Notes under the pieces: generated by a model | Database searches by the model: none | What the model was told of the DNA's origin: nothing | The model's input: only the letters and a program-made list of their open reading frames with translations | Program-made: the position numbers and the translations under genes | Part shown: piece after piece, positions 23,511 to 37,064 of the stretch | Layout: every line of letters starts with the position of its first letter | Numbering within the stretch: the first letter of the stretch is position 1 | Assembly: GCA_963743525.1 (NCBI GenBank) | Contig: CAVUQH010000003.1 | Location: 96,001 to 160,000, forward strand | Direction of reading: 5' to 3' | DNA: 64,000 nucleotides | Source: an uncultured delta proteobacterium | GTDB taxonomy: Bacteria; Myxococcota_A; Polyangia; Haliangiales; Haliangiaceae

Positions 23511-24151
23511 CGTTCGTCCTTTTCGTCGCCGCCCTGCGGCGCCAGCATGGCGCGCAGCTTCTTGACCGCGTGGTGGAAGCTGACCTTGGCCGAGTTCTCG
23601 CTGCAGTCGGCCAGCTCGGCCACCTCGCGGAACGGCAGCTCGTCGTAGATGCGCAGCTCCAGCACCATCCGCTGCTTGGGCGGCAGCTCGGCCACCGCCT
23701 CGCGCAGCCGCTCGGACTCCTCGTCGCCGATGATGCGCATCGGCCCGGTGGCGCGGCGGATCAGGGCGTCGTCGGGCGGGGCGTCGGTTGACAGCTCGGT
23801 GGGCCGCTCGCGCGCGTTGTCGCGCAGGTAGTTGAGCGACAGGTTGATGGCGATGCGGTACAGCCAGGTGCGGAAGCGGGCGTCGCCGCGGAACCTGGCC
23901 AGCGACTGGAACGCGCGCACGAACACCTTCTGGCTCACGTCCATGGCGTCGGCGTCGCGCTTCACGTAGCGCAGGCAGAGGTAGAAGATCGGCTTCTGGT
24001 AGCGGCGGACCAGGGTGTCGAACGCCCGCCGCTCGCCGGCCAGGAACTGGTCGACCAGCGGCCGGTCCGGATCGGGCTCGGCCCGCGACGCCGCGTCGGC
24101 GGGCGAATCGGCCAGGTCGTTGGAGTCGTCGAGTGCCAGAAGTGCCCTCAC
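23507..24151 (-). CDS. ECF RNA polymerase sigma factor
   Basis: Region 2 (DAMDVSQKVF, FRTWLYRIAIN) and region 4 (LPPKQRMVLELR..FREVAE). Confidence 0.93.
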   Translation of the reverse strand: MRALLALDDSNDLADSPADAASRAEPDPDRPLVDQFLAGERRAFDTLVRRYQKPIFYLCLRYVKRDADAMDVSQKVFVRAFQSLARFRGDARFRTWLYRIAINLSLNYLRDNARERPTELSTDAPPDDALIRRATGPMRIIGDEESERLREAVAELPPKQRMVLELRIYDELPFREVAELADCSENSAKVSFHHAVKKLRAMLAPQGGDEKDER

Positions 24152-24240
24152 AGCCAGTCGGACCCGGCGCTTGCGCCGGAGGTTAAGCCCTTGTACGTTC
24201 CCCGCCGGAATTATTTGAGTCCAAAGGGAAATCAGGCGCC

Positions 24241-25512
<1,272 letters not shown>

Positions 25513-25541
25513 CGGCGGCTGTTGAAAAGCTCAAATGCGGC

Positions 25542-25569
25542 TTTACATGGCCGTCGTACTGCCTATACT
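25542..25569 (+). promoter_or_regulatory. Sigma70 promoter of the tRNA cluster
   Basis: TTTACA-16 bp-TATACT followed by GC-rich discriminator, 24 nt before the first tRNA. Confidence 0.65.
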
Positions 25570-25593
25570 CCGACGCCAGCCTCCGGGCGGACC

Positions 25594-25677
<84 letters not shown>

Positions 25678-25726
25678 TGGTTACCCTTGATAATCGAATA
25701 GTAGGAACGCGAAGCACACGCCTTCT

Positions 25727-25821
<95 letters not shown>

Positions 25822-25832
25822 TTGATTCCCGA

Positions 25833-25906
<74 letters not shown>

Positions 25907-25914
25907 CTGTGAAC

Positions 25915-26367
25915 ATGATGACCGACGACGATTACATGGCGCTCGCCATCGAGGCGGCGCTGCAGGCAGACGCCGCGGGTGACGTACCGGTCGGCTGCGT
26001 GATCGTCATCGGCGACGAGGTGGTCGGCCGCGGCTTCAACCGCCGCCAGGCCACGGGCGATCCCACGGCACATGCCGAGATCGAGGCCCTGCGCGCCGCC
26101 AGCCGCATCGTCGGCAACTGGCGCATCGAGGGCACCCTCTACGTCACGCAGGAGCCCTGCCCGATGTGTGCCGGCGCGCTGGTCAACGCCCGCGTCAGTC
26201 GGCTCGTCTACGGCTGTGACAATCCGAAGGCAGGCTCGGTGCGCACGCTCTACCAGCTGTGCACCGACCCGCGGCTCAACCACCGCATGAGCGTCACCGC
26301 CGGTGTTCGCGCCGACGAGTGTGCCGGGCTGTTGAGCAGCTTCTTTGCGCGGCTGCGCCGCGCGTAA
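25915..26367 (+). CDS. tadA: tRNA adenosine(34) deaminase
   Basis: VPVG, DPTAHAE, EPCPMCAGA, NPKAG, LNH, FFARLR. Confidence 0.93.
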   Translation: MMTDDDYMALAIEAALQADAAGDVPVGCVIVIGDEVVGRGFNRRQATGDPTAHAEIEALRAASRIVGNWRIEGTLYVTQEPCPMCAGALVNARVSRLVYGCDNPKAGSVRTLYQLCTDPRLNHRMSVTAGVRADECAGLLSSFFARLRRA

Positions 26368-26377
26368 CCGACGACTT

Positions 26378-26465
<88 letters not shown>

Positions 26466-26494
26466 ATTGATATTAGCCCCGCGCACTCGCCTCT

Positions 26495-26582
<88 letters not shown>

Positions 26583-26598
26583 CGGGAAACCATGTTTA

Positions 26599-26682
<84 letters not shown>

Positions 26683-26743
26683 CCTTTTCACAGCCGCGGC
26701 CAGCGGCTATAGTTCGTGGCCGGCGATTCCAAGCGCACGACGC

Positions 26744-26766
26744 GCCGGGATCGCCGGCCCTTTTTT
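26744..26766 (+). terminator. Possible intrinsic terminator after ffs
   Basis: GCCGG-loop-CCGGC stem followed by CC and T6. Confidence 0.45.
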
Positions 26767-26772
26767 CGGCTG

Positions 26773-28626
<1,854 letters not shown>

Positions 28627-28634
<8 letters not shown>

Positions 28635-28959
28635 CGGAAAGATGCCCGATCTCGGCGAGCTGATGAAGATGGCCCAGAAGCTCCAGGGCGACGTCAGCCA
28701 GGCACAAGCGGAGCTCGAGAAGAAGACCTGCGATGCCGCCGCCGGGGGCGGCATGGTCGTGGCCACGGTCAACGGCAAGTTCGAGCTGGTCGACCTGAAG
28801 ATCGACAAGGAGGTCGTCGATCCCGAAGACGTCTCCATGCTCCGCGATCTGATCGTCGCCGCCGTCAACCAGGCCGTGGTCAAGATTCGCGAGATGACGC
28901 AATCGGAGATGTCCAAGCTGACCGGCGGACTGGGCATCCCGGGCATGCCCAAGTTCTAG
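28627..28959 (+). CDS. ybaB: YbaB/EbfC nucleoid-associated protein
   Basis: LMKMAQKLQ, AGGGMV, DPEDVSMLRDLIVAAVNQA; lies between dnaX and recR. Confidence 0.95.
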
Positions 28960-28975
28960 TGGTGCGCTGAGACGT

Positions 28976-29572
28976 ATGGCCGACCCGATCAAGCGACTCG
29001 TCCAGCACCTGGCGCGCCTGCCTGGAGTCGGCGAGAAGACGGCCACCCGCCTCGCGTTCCACCTGGTCCGCGGCAACAAGAACCAGGTGCGCGAGCTGGC
29101 GCATGCCCTGCTCGAGGTGGTCGACCGCGTCCGCCTGTGCTCGGAGTGCATGAACATCACCGAGGACGATCCGTGCGGCTTCTGCGCCGATGCGCGCCGC
29201 GACCCGGCCGTCATCTGTGTCGTCTCGGGTCCGTCGGACGTCGCGGCGATCGATCGCGGCGGCAGCTTCCGCGGCCGCTACCACGTTCTCCACGGCGTGT
29301 TGTCGCCGCTGGAGGGGATCGGCCCCGAAGATCTGCGCATCGCCGAGCTCGTCCGCCGGCTGTCCGGCGACGGCACCCCGGTGGAAGAGGTCATCGTCGC
29401 CACCAGCGCCAGCGTCGAGGGCGAGGCTACTGCCATGTACCTGGCCCGGCTGCTCAAGCCGCTCGGTGTGCGGGTCTCGCGCATCGCCAGCGGCATCCCG
29501 GTGGGCGGGGAGCTCGAGTACTCGGACCAGGCGACCATCGCGCGGGCGCTGAGCGGCCGCTCACCGATGTGA
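28976..29572 (+). CDS. recR: Recombination mediator RecR
   Basis: LPGVGEKTA, C4 zinc finger, YHVLHGVLSPLEGIGP, GIPVGGELEY. Confidence 0.97.
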   Translation: MADPIKRLVQHLARLPGVGEKTATRLAFHLVRGNKNQVRELAHALLEVVDRVRLCSECMNITEDDPCGFCADARRDPAVICVVSGPSDVAAIDRGGSFRGRYHVLHGVLSPLEGIGPEDLRIAELVRRLSGDGTPVEEVIVATSASVEGEATAMYLARLLKPLGVRVSRIASGIPVGGELEYSDQATIARALSGRSPM

Positions 29573-29737
29573 GGGGGCACGGGTGCGAGGGTGTGTGCCC
29601 GGCCCGTCCTCGGCCTCCCCGGGGGCGTATAGAGCCCCGGATTGCTTGTAAGAATCTGAGGAGGTCTGTTACCGTGACCTGCGGAGTGAGTCCGACAGGA
29701 CCACGTTTGCGAGGCGAAGCGGGAGGTGCCTCAGCCG

Positions 29738-30217
29738 ATGGCTAACCAACTGGTCATGTACGAAGAGGAGCTGCTGCAGATCAACCAGGTCTGCGAGACG
29801 CTCCATCGGGACGCGAATGCTCAGGCGGTCTTGGTCATCGACAAGAACGGGCAGGCGATCTCGCAGACCGGCGAGGTCGAGACCCTCGACGTGACGTCTC
29901 TGTCGTCGCTCACCGCCGGCAACGTCGCCGCCACCGGCGGTATCGCCAACTTGTTGCAGGAAAAGGAATTCGCCGGCCAGTTCCACGAGGGAGAGCGGAC
30001 CAACGTCCACATCTCGATCGTCGGCGGGCGCGTCATCCTGCTGGTGCTCTTCGACGAGCGGTCGTCGCTGGGGCTCGTGCGCCTGCGCGTGCGCAAAGCC
30101 AGCGCCGAGCTCGAGCGCATCCTCAACGCGCTGGTCGAGAAGAGTGCGTCCAACTCGCAGCCGTCGGTGTTCGCCGAGATCACCGACGACGACATCGACA
30201 ACCTTTTCAACGACTAG
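29738..30217 (+). CDS. mglB: Roadblock/LC7 GTPase-activating protein MglB
   Basis: LVMYEEE, DKNGQ, TSLSSLTAGNVAATGG, SSLGLVRLRV, FAEITDDDIDNLF. Confidence 0.96.
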   Translation: MANQLVMYEEELLQINQVCETLHRDANAQAVLVIDKNGQAISQTGEVETLDVTSLSSLTAGNVAATGGIANLLQEKEFAGQFHEGERTNVHISIVGGRVILLVLFDERSSLGLVRLRVRKASAELERILNALVEKSASNSQPSVFAEITDDDIDNLFND

Positions 30218-30229
30218 CGGGACGAACCG

Positions 30230-30817
30230 ATGAGCTTCATCAACTACTCGTCGCGCGAGATCAACTGCAAGATCGTCTACTACGGTCCGGGTCTTTGCGG
30301 GAAGACCACGAACCTGCAGTACATCTACAACAAGACCAATCCCGAGGCGAAGGGCAAGATGATCTCGCTCGCGACAGAGACCGAGCGGACGCTGTTCTTC
30401 GACTTCTTGCCGCTGTCCCTGGGCGAGATTCGCGGGTTCCGCACCCGCTTCCACCTGTACACCGTGCCCGGACAGGTCTTCTACGACGCCAGCCGCAAGC
30501 TCATCCTCAAGGGGGTGGACGGGGTCGTGTTCGTCGCCGACTCGCAGATCGAGCGCATGGAGGCGAACATCGAGTCGCTCGACAACCTGCGCAGCAACCT
30601 GCAGGAACAGGGCTACGATCTCGACAAGATCCCGTACGTCGTGCAGTTCAACAAGCGCGATCTGCCCAACGCGGCGCCGATGGCCGAGCTGCAGGAGATC
30701 TGCAATCCGACGAACGTACTGAGCTTCGAGGCAATTGCCACGAAGGGAGGGGGCGTCTTCGACACCCTCAAAGCTGTCGCGAAGCTCGTGCTTACCGAGC
30801 TGAGACGCGGCGGCTGA
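30230..30817 (+). CDS. mglA: Gliding motility small GTPase MglA
   Basis: [44 protein letters not shown]. Confidence 0.98.
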   Translation: MSFINYSSREINCKIVYYGPGLCGKTTNLQYIYNKTNPEAKGKMISLATETERTLFFDFLPLSLGEIRGFRTRFHLYTVPGQVFYDASRKLILKGVDGVVFVADSQIERMEANIESLDNLRSNLQEQGYDLDKIPYVVQFNKRDLPNAAPMAELQEICNPTNVLSFEAIATKGGGVFDTLKAVAKLVLTELRRGG

Positions 30818-30839
30818 CGCTGCGCCCAAGGGGGGCGAG

Positions 30840-32693
30840 ATGGAAACCCAGACGACGACGATACCGCGCTTCCGAACCGATCTGGTGACGCAACCGATCG
30901 AGGCGGAGGGGCAGCGGTTCGTGGACGTCACCGATCCCGATTCGGGGACGACGTTCCGCTTCTACGAAGTCGAGTACGCGATCGCGTGCGCCATGAACGG
31001 CACCCGCGATCTGAGCGGGCTGGCCAGCTGGGCGCTGGAAGAGCTCGGGCTCGAGACCTCCTCGGCCGAGCTCGCGACGGTGATCAACACGCTCGGCGAG
31101 CTCGGCTATCTCGAGGCCGAGACCGGCTCGGGCGACATGACTCTGGGCGCGCCTGGAGGCAAGCCAGCGGTCGAGCCGGTCGCTGCGGCGATCGAGGCCG
31201 GCGACTTCGACCTGGGCGCTCCCGGCAAGTCGCCGATCGCCCGCGTCCGCCCGACGCCGATGGCGCCCGACGACATCGCGCTCGGCGCGCCCGGCGCCGC
31301 GTCCGCCTCGGCCGGTGCTGCCGCCAGCTCGTCCGAAGAGTCGTTCGAAGGCCTGCTCGACGAAGAGCCGCCCACGTCCGTGCGGCCGGCGCCGCCGCGC
31401 CCCACGGCTGTGTCGATGGACGACGAGCCGACCCGCCGGCGCGAGGTCATCGACGAGATGGATTTCGGCGACCTCGAGGGGATCACGCCGCCGCCGGCCG
31501 AAGTGCCGTCGCCCAAGCTGCGCCCCATCACCAGCGCGCCGCTGTCCGACGACGACGGGCCGACCAACCTGCCGCCGCCCGCGCCCGGCCTGGAAGAGGT
31601 GGCCGAGCTCGCCGGGCCGGACGTCTCGGTCGATCTCAGCGAGCATCTGTCGATCGACGCCGACGACGTCAAGGAAGCCGTTCGCCAGTCGCAGGTGATG
31701 CAGGCGGTCGACGTCCCCGAGGAGCTGCTGGCCGAGCTCGGTCACGACACGGCGACGCCCGAGCCGGAAGCCGAGAAGGCCGATTCCTCGGCGCCGGTGG
31801 TCCTGCCCGACGAGCGCGCCCAGGTGTCGCGCCCGGTGGCGGCCGCCGTGTCCGAGCCGGACGAAGAGCCGGCACCCGTCGCCGCCAAGGGCGGCAGCGG
31901 CACGCTGTTGTTCCTGATCTTCTTGCTGATCGTGGTCGGCGCCGCCGCCGCCTACTACTTCCTCGTCTACAAGAAGAAGCTGGAGAACCAGTCCAGCACC
32001 GCGGGCACGACCCAGCCGACGCCGGCTCCGGTCAAGCCCGCGCCCCCACCGCCGCCGCCCGCGCCGAAGGCGACCCTCGAAGCCGCCGCTGCCGATCAGG
32101 CCGACGTGGTCATGCCCAAGGCCGGCGCGGTGTCGTGGATGGCCGACGACGGTGCCCAGGTCGCCAAGGGCGATCCGGTGGCCAAGCTCAAGGGCATCGA
32201 GCGCTTCGAGCGCAAGCTCGACGAGTACGTGTCGCGCCAGGAGCACTACCAGCACAAGCTGGACAAGGCCAACGAGGAGATGACCGCTGCGACCACGCCC
32301 GCGGCCAAGGCCAGCGCGCAGCGCCACATCGACGAGGCGACGCGCAAGGTCGAGCAGAAGAAGCAGGGGCAGGTTGACATGACCGCCGAGATCGCCAAGC
32401 TGACCCTGGTCGCGCCGACCGCCGGCACGGTCAAGCAGGTCGCCAGCGCCGGCGGATGGATGAAGGCGGGCTCCCCGGTGGTGCAGATCGCCGGCCCCGC
32501 CGAGGTTCAGGCCACCTTCGCCCTGCCCGCCGGCCGCACCGTCGCTCCCGGCGACACGGTCAAGGTCTCGTCCGAGAGCCCGGGCGCCCAGGGCGTCGAT
32601 TGTCAGGTCGCCTCGGTCGAGGGCCGCAACGCCACCGTGCGCTGCCCGGCCAGCGACGCGCTGACCGCCGGCAGCCAGGTCATTCTGCAGTAG
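30840..32693 (+). CDS. Membrane protein: PqqD-like N-domain, acidic linker, TM, membrane-fusion (HlyD-like) domain
   Basis: DPDSGTTFRFYEVEYAIACAMNGTRDL; TM at LLFLIFLLIVVGAAAAYYFLV; lipoyl halves (VAKGDPVAKL, LVAPTAGTV) flanking a coiled hairpin. Confidence 0.7.
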   Translation: METQTTTIPRFRTDLVTQPIEAEGQRFVDVTDPDSGTTFRFYEVEYAIACAMNGTRDLSGLASWALEELGLETSSAELATVINTLGELGYLEAETGSGDMTLGAPGGKPAVEPVAAAIEAGDFDLGAPGKSPIARVRPTPMAPDDIALGAPGAASASAGAAASSSEESFEGLLDEEPPTSVRPAPPRPTAVSMDDEPTRRREVIDEMDFGDLEGITPPPAEVPSPKLRPITSAPLSDDDGPTNLPPPAPGLEEVAELAGPDVSVDLSEHLSIDADDVKEAVRQSQVMQAVDVPEELLAELGHDTATPEPEAEKADSSAPVVLPDERAQVSRPVAAAVSEPDEEPAPVAAKGGSGTLLFLIFLLIVVGAAAAYYFLVYKKKLENQSSTAGTTQPTPAPVKPAPPPPPPAPKATLEAAAADQADVVMPKAGAVSWMADDGAQVAKGDPVAKLKGIERFERKLDEYVSRQEHYQHKLDKANEEMTAATTPAAKASAQRHIDEATRKVEQKKQGQVDMTAEIAKLTLVAPTAGTVKQVASAGGWMKAGSPVVQIAGPAEVQATFALPAGRTVAPGDTVKVSSESPGAQGVDCQVASVEGRNATVRCPASDALTAGSQVILQ

Positions 32694-32715
32694 CTGGGTT
32701 TCTCGTCCGCGGCGC

Positions 32716-32741
32716 GTCACACTGACCGGCGGTGACGCGTC
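32716..32741 (+). promoter_or_regulatory. Putative ECF-type promoter GTCACA-N16-CGTC
   Basis: GTCACA at 32716-32721, 16-bp spacer, CGTC at 32738-32741, directly upstream of an ECF gene. Confidence 0.6.
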
Positions 32742-32757
32742 GTTGGAACAGGAGCCC

Positions 32758-33312
32758 GTGACCGCGAACCACTGCGACGCTCGCGCCATCGCCGATCTGG
32801 TGGCGCGCCAGGACGGCGATGCCCTGACCCGGATCGCCGAGTGCTACCTCGGCTACCTCCTCGGCGTCGGTCGCTGCGCTTGCCGCGATCCCGACCGCGC
32901 CGCCGACGCGGTGCAGGATGCGCTGGAATCGGCGGCCACCCGCCTGGACCAGTACCGCGGCGACGGCAGCGTCAAGGCGTGGCTGGCGCGCATGGTGGTC
33001 AATGCCTGCCGCTGCGGCGAGCGCGGGCGCAAGAACGACCCGGCGTGGAACCACCCGCTGTCTGGCGACGAGCCGGCGGCCCGCGGCGACGCCGCCGCCG
33101 AGCGCGAGCTGTCGCGGCTGATGGCCGCCGCCCTGGCCCTGCTCGACGATCGCGACCGCGACCTGTTCCTGCTCAGCCAGGTCGACGGTGCCACCGCCCC
33201 GGAGCTGGCCGAGATCTTCGGCTGCACGCCCGACGCCGTGCGCGCGCGGCTCACCCGCATCCGCCGGCGCCTGCGCCGCGAGCTCGAACCGGTCTGGGCC
33301 GACTGGCGCTAG
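32758..33312 (+). CDS. ECF RNA polymerase sigma factor, Cys-rich
   Basis: Region 2 (AADAVQDA, SVKAWLARMVVN) and region 4 (ELAEIFG..AVRARLTR); GTG start preceded by CAGGAG. Confidence 0.88.
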   Translation: MTANHCDARAIADLVARQDGDALTRIAECYLGYLLGVGRCACRDPDRAADAVQDALESAATRLDQYRGDGSVKAWLARMVVNACRCGERGRKNDPAWNHPLSGDEPAARGDAAAERELSRLMAAALALLDDRDRDLFLLSQVDGATAPELAEIFGCTPDAVRARLTRIRRRLRRELEPVWADWR

Positions 33313-33527
33313 CTCTTGCGCCAGCTCTTGACGGCGAACGAGGGCCCGGTCATGCCGATGCCCATGGCGCCCTTGTCGACCGCGCCTTCGACCTCGACCT
33401 TCTGGCCTTCGACCAGCAGCCCCTTGTCGCTCGACTGCAGCTGGTAGCGGTCGCCGTTGTCGGCGTGCAGCTCCCAGAAGCCACCCTCGAGGTCGTTCTT
33501 GCGCACGGTCCCGCGAAGCGTTGCCAT
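33309..33527 (-). CDS. Small OB-fold-like hypothetical protein
   Basis: 72 aa, LRGTV..DLEGGFWEL..G.KVEVEG beta pattern. Confidence 0.7.
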   Translation of the reverse strand: MATLRGTVRKNDLEGGFWELHADNGDRYQLQSSDKGLLVEGQKVEVEGAVDKGAMGIGMTGPSFAVKSWRKS

Positions 33528-33560
33528 CGCCCACCAGCATAGCAGGCCCGGGCGCAGGAG

Positions 33561-35694
33561 CTAGTAGGTCAGATCGTTGACCACGTAATGGCGGTCCACG
33601 GTCAGCGGCTGGTCGTAGACCACCCCGTCGTACAGATACTGGTAGCGGGCGTAGGTCTCGGTGACCTTCTTGGCGTACTCGCGGGTCTGGCGGTAGCTGA
33701 CCAGCTCGATGAACTCGTCGATCGGGCGGTCGCCGTTCTCGTCGATCCAGCGCATCCACGGGCGCGGGCCGCTGTTGAACGAGCCGCTGCCCAGCGGGAT
33801 CTGCATGGCGAACTTGTGCAGCAGGTGGCCGATGTACCAGGAGCCGGTGCGGACGTTGAGCTCGGGGTCGAACAGCAGGTCGTCGGTGTAGGGGATGCCC
33901 AGCTCGCGCACGACCTTCTTGGTGGTCGGCGGGATCATCTGCAGCAGGCCGTAGGCGTCGGCATACGACAGGCAGTGCGGATCGAAGCCGCTCTCCTTGC
34001 GCATGATCGAATAGAGGTAGTAGTGCGGGTTGCCGCCGAGGTCGCGCCACTTGTCGATCAGATCCGAGTAGGCCAGCGGATAGCCGTGCTTCCACCACAC
34101 CTGGGCCTGGCCCTCGGGCGGCGCGTTGAGCGCCTTGCGGCCGTAGACCTCGGCCAGGTACCAGGGCCGGTTGAAGTTGCCGGCGCGGCGGTAGCGGTCG
34201 AGCAAGATCGCCAGGGCGTCGGCCCTGCGCTTGCGGTGGCGCTTCAAGAACGCGCGCTCGCCGCGGCGCAGCTCGTTGCCCGCCTCGACGCCCAGGTCGG
34301 CGGCGATCAGCTCGTCGGCAGTGCGGATCAATAGGTCCTTGGCCAGCGACTCGTTCGACCTTCTGCGCGATGTCGGTGCCGATGTCGGTGTCGCGTGGAT
34401 CGTCGCCGAACGGACCGATGGTCTTGCCGGCCTCGACGAGCCGCGCCCGCGCCAGCAGCGCGTACCAGGCGAACGGGAACCGACCGACCAGCGCCCGATA
34501 CTCGGCCAGCGCGTCGTCGTCGCGGCCGAGCTTCTGCAGCGTGCGCGCGTGCCAGTAGGCGCCCTTGCCACCGACGAGGCGGCCGCTCTTCTTGGCCAGC
34601 TCGGCGAACAGCGGCAGCGCGTCGTCGTAGCGGCCGACCAGATAGCGGGCCATGCCGCCGAACCACAGCGCCTCCTTGGCCCAGCGCGACGAGTGGAACA
34701 CCTTGCGCGTGCGGTCGAGGTCGGGGATCGACGCCTCGTAGTGGCCCATGTTGAACTGCAGCCACCCGGTCAGGAACTGCGCTTCGGCGGCCCAGCGCGA
34801 GTGGCGGTAGTCGGCGACGACCTTGCGGTAGTAGCGGATCGCCTCGATGTCGTGGTCGGCGCGCGACAGGGCGCGGGCACCGTGGAACAGCGCGTTGGCG
34901 GCGTCCTTGCCCATCTGCTGGTACAGGCCGAGGAGGATGCGCCCGGCGTCGCCGTAGCGGCGGCGCATGTCGAACAGGGTCATGCCCAGCTCGAAGTCGC
35001 GATCGCGCGCCAGCTCCGGGGGCACGTCGTCGCCGATGCGCCGCAGCTCGGCCACCGCCTCGTGCCAGTCGTGGGCGGTGTGCAGGTTGTGGGCGCGGTC
35101 GAGGCGCTGGCGCGGTGACATCGCCAGGGCGTCATCGCCGCCGTCGTCGCGCAGCAGGCGCTCGACCTCGGGAATCAGCGGGTGCAGCGGGTGGTCGATG
35201 CGCAGCGCGTCCAGCTCGCGCCGGGCCAGCGCCTGCTTGCCCCGGGCGCGGTCGGCCACGGCGACGCGGAAACGCGCGACCGCCTCGTCGGCGCGGCCGG
35301 CGCCGTGGGCGAGCAGCCGGTGATAGGCGATCCGCGCCTGCTGCACGTGGCCCAGCGTCCACAAGCAGTCGGCGATCCGCCACGGCACCTCGCTGGCGAA
35401 GCTGGAGCCGTGCAGCTTGGCCAGCCGGCGAAAGGTGGCCAGCGCCGCCGCCGGGTGCCCGGTCAGGACCTCGGACTGGCCGCGGATCCACAGGGCGTAG
35501 TCGTCGTTGATGATCCGGTCGAGGCGGACCTTGCGCACCTCGGCCAGCGCGCTCGGGTAGTCGCCGGCGGAGAATGCCCGCTGAGCCCGCCCCAGATAGG
35601 TAGCCGCGCTCTCGGCGGCCGCGGGGGCCGGGCTCGCGATCCCGACGCCGACGGCGACCAGGAGCGCGAGCGACGCTGCGGTTGCGCTGCGCAC
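33561..35694 (-). CDS. Soluble lytic transglycosylase with TPRs (apparent +1 indel near 34355)
   Basis: SLT motifs IMRKESGF, AYGLLQMIPPT, SFNSGP, YRQTREYAKKV; signal peptide and TPR region in adjacent frame; start inferred. Confidence 0.87.
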
Positions 35695-35755
35695 GACAAA
35701 GGAAGTATATCGGGCGAGCCCCTTCGGGCCAGTTTCGACGCACGAGGTCAAATCC

Positions 35756-36919
35756 ATGGCGTTTCGCGAGCTCGACTATTTCTCCGTCGACGAGCTTTAT
35801 TCCGAAGAAGAGCGGATGGCGCGAGACAGCGTCCGCGACTTCGTCGAGGCCGAGATCATGCCGATCATCGGCAAGCATTTCGTCGCCGGCACCTTTCCCA
35901 CCGAGCTGACGCCGACCTTCGGCAAGCTGGGTCTGTTCGGGCCGTCGATCCAGGGCTACGGCTGCCCGGGCATGAGCCCGACCGCCTACGGCCTGATCTG
36001 CCAGGAGCTGGAGCGGGCCGACAGCGGCGTGCGCAGCTTCGCGTCGGTGCAGGGCTCGCTGGTCATGTACCCGATCTCGGCCTTCGGCTCCGAGGCGCAG
36101 AAAGAGCGCTACCTGCCGGCCATGGCCAAGGGGCAGACCATCGGCTGCTTCGGCCTGACCGAGCCGGACTTCGGCTCCAATCCCAACGGCATGCTGACCA
36201 ACGCGCGGAAGACCGACCGCGGCTACGTGCTCAACGGCACCAAGCGCTGGATCACCAACGGCAGCCTGTCGCAGGTGGCGCTGGTGTGGGCCAAGCTCGA
36301 CGGCGTCGTCCGCGGCTTCCTGGTGCCGACCGACAGTCCCGGCTTCACCGCCCAGGACATCCACGGCAAGTGGTCGCTGCGCGCGTCGATCACCTCGGAG
36401 CTGATCCTCGAGGATTGCGAGATCGCCGAGGACGCCATCCTGCCCGGCGTGCAGGGGCTCAAGGGCCCGCTGTCGTGCCTGACCCAGGCCCGTTTCGGCA
36501 TCGCCTGGGGCGCCGTCGGCAGCATGATCGCCTGCTACGACGAGGCGCTGTCGTACGCCAAGGACCGGGTGCAGTTCTCCAAGCCGATCGCCGGCTACCA
36601 GCTGGTGCAGCAGAAGCTGGTGCGCATGGTCTCCGAGATCACCAAGGCGCAGCTCCTGTGCCAGCGCCTGGGCCGACTCAAGGAGGCGGGCAAGCTGCGC
36701 CCGCAGCACGTGTCGCTGGCCAAGCGCAACAATGTCTACTGGGCGCGCGAGATCGCCCGCGACGCCCGCGACATCCTCGGCGCCAACGGCATCACCGACG
36801 AGTACCAGTGCGGCCGGCACATGCTCAACGCCGAGACCGTGTACACCTACGAAGGTACGCACGACATCCACACGCTGATCATCGGCCAGGACATCACCGG
36901 CATCGGCGCGTTCGACTGA
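35756..36919 (+). CDS. Acyl-CoA dehydrogenase, glutaryl-CoA dehydrogenase-like
   Basis: ELERADSGVRSFASVQGSL, FGLTEPDFGS, KRWITNG, TYEGTHDIHTLI. Confidence 0.93.
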   Translation: MAFRELDYFSVDELYSEEERMARDSVRDFVEAEIMPIIGKHFVAGTFPTELTPTFGKLGLFGPSIQGYGCPGMSPTAYGLICQELERADSGVRSFASVQGSLVMYPISAFGSEAQKERYLPAMAKGQTIGCFGLTEPDFGSNPNGMLTNARKTDRGYVLNGTKRWITNGSLSQVALVWAKLDGVVRGFLVPTDSPGFTAQDIHGKWSLRASITSELILEDCEIAEDAILPGVQGLKGPLSCLTQARFGIAWGAVGSMIACYDEALSYAKDRVQFSKPIAGYQLVQQKLVRMVSEITKAQLLCQRLGRLKEAGKLRPQHVSLAKRNNVYWAREIARDARDILGANGITDEYQCGRHMLNAETVYTYEGTHDIHTLIIGQDITGIGAFD

Positions 36920-36920
36920 A

Positions 36921-37060
36921 CGATGACGCATTGAAAATGCGTCATTGTGGGGAAGCAACGATGGAAGAGAACATACGCACACGCCCGGAAAGGAGCCGAA
37001 TTTCGTCCGCCCTCACCGATGAAGGGCGGCGAAGCTCGGCTCCTCGTCCGGGCGTGGGTG
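36921..37060. other. Two intergenic hairpins (about 27 nt and 77 nt)
   Basis: CGATGACGCATT/AATGCGTCATTG, and CACGCCCGGA..AGGAGCCGA..CCGCCCT paired with AGGGCGG..TCGGCTCCT..TCCGGGCGTG. Confidence 0.75.
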
Positions 37061-37064
37061 ACTA

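Noticed and set aside
36950..37060. tRNA-Sec (selC) or 6S RNA
   Set aside because: No UCA anticodon arm or T-loop; too short and lacks the closing stem and central bubble of 6S
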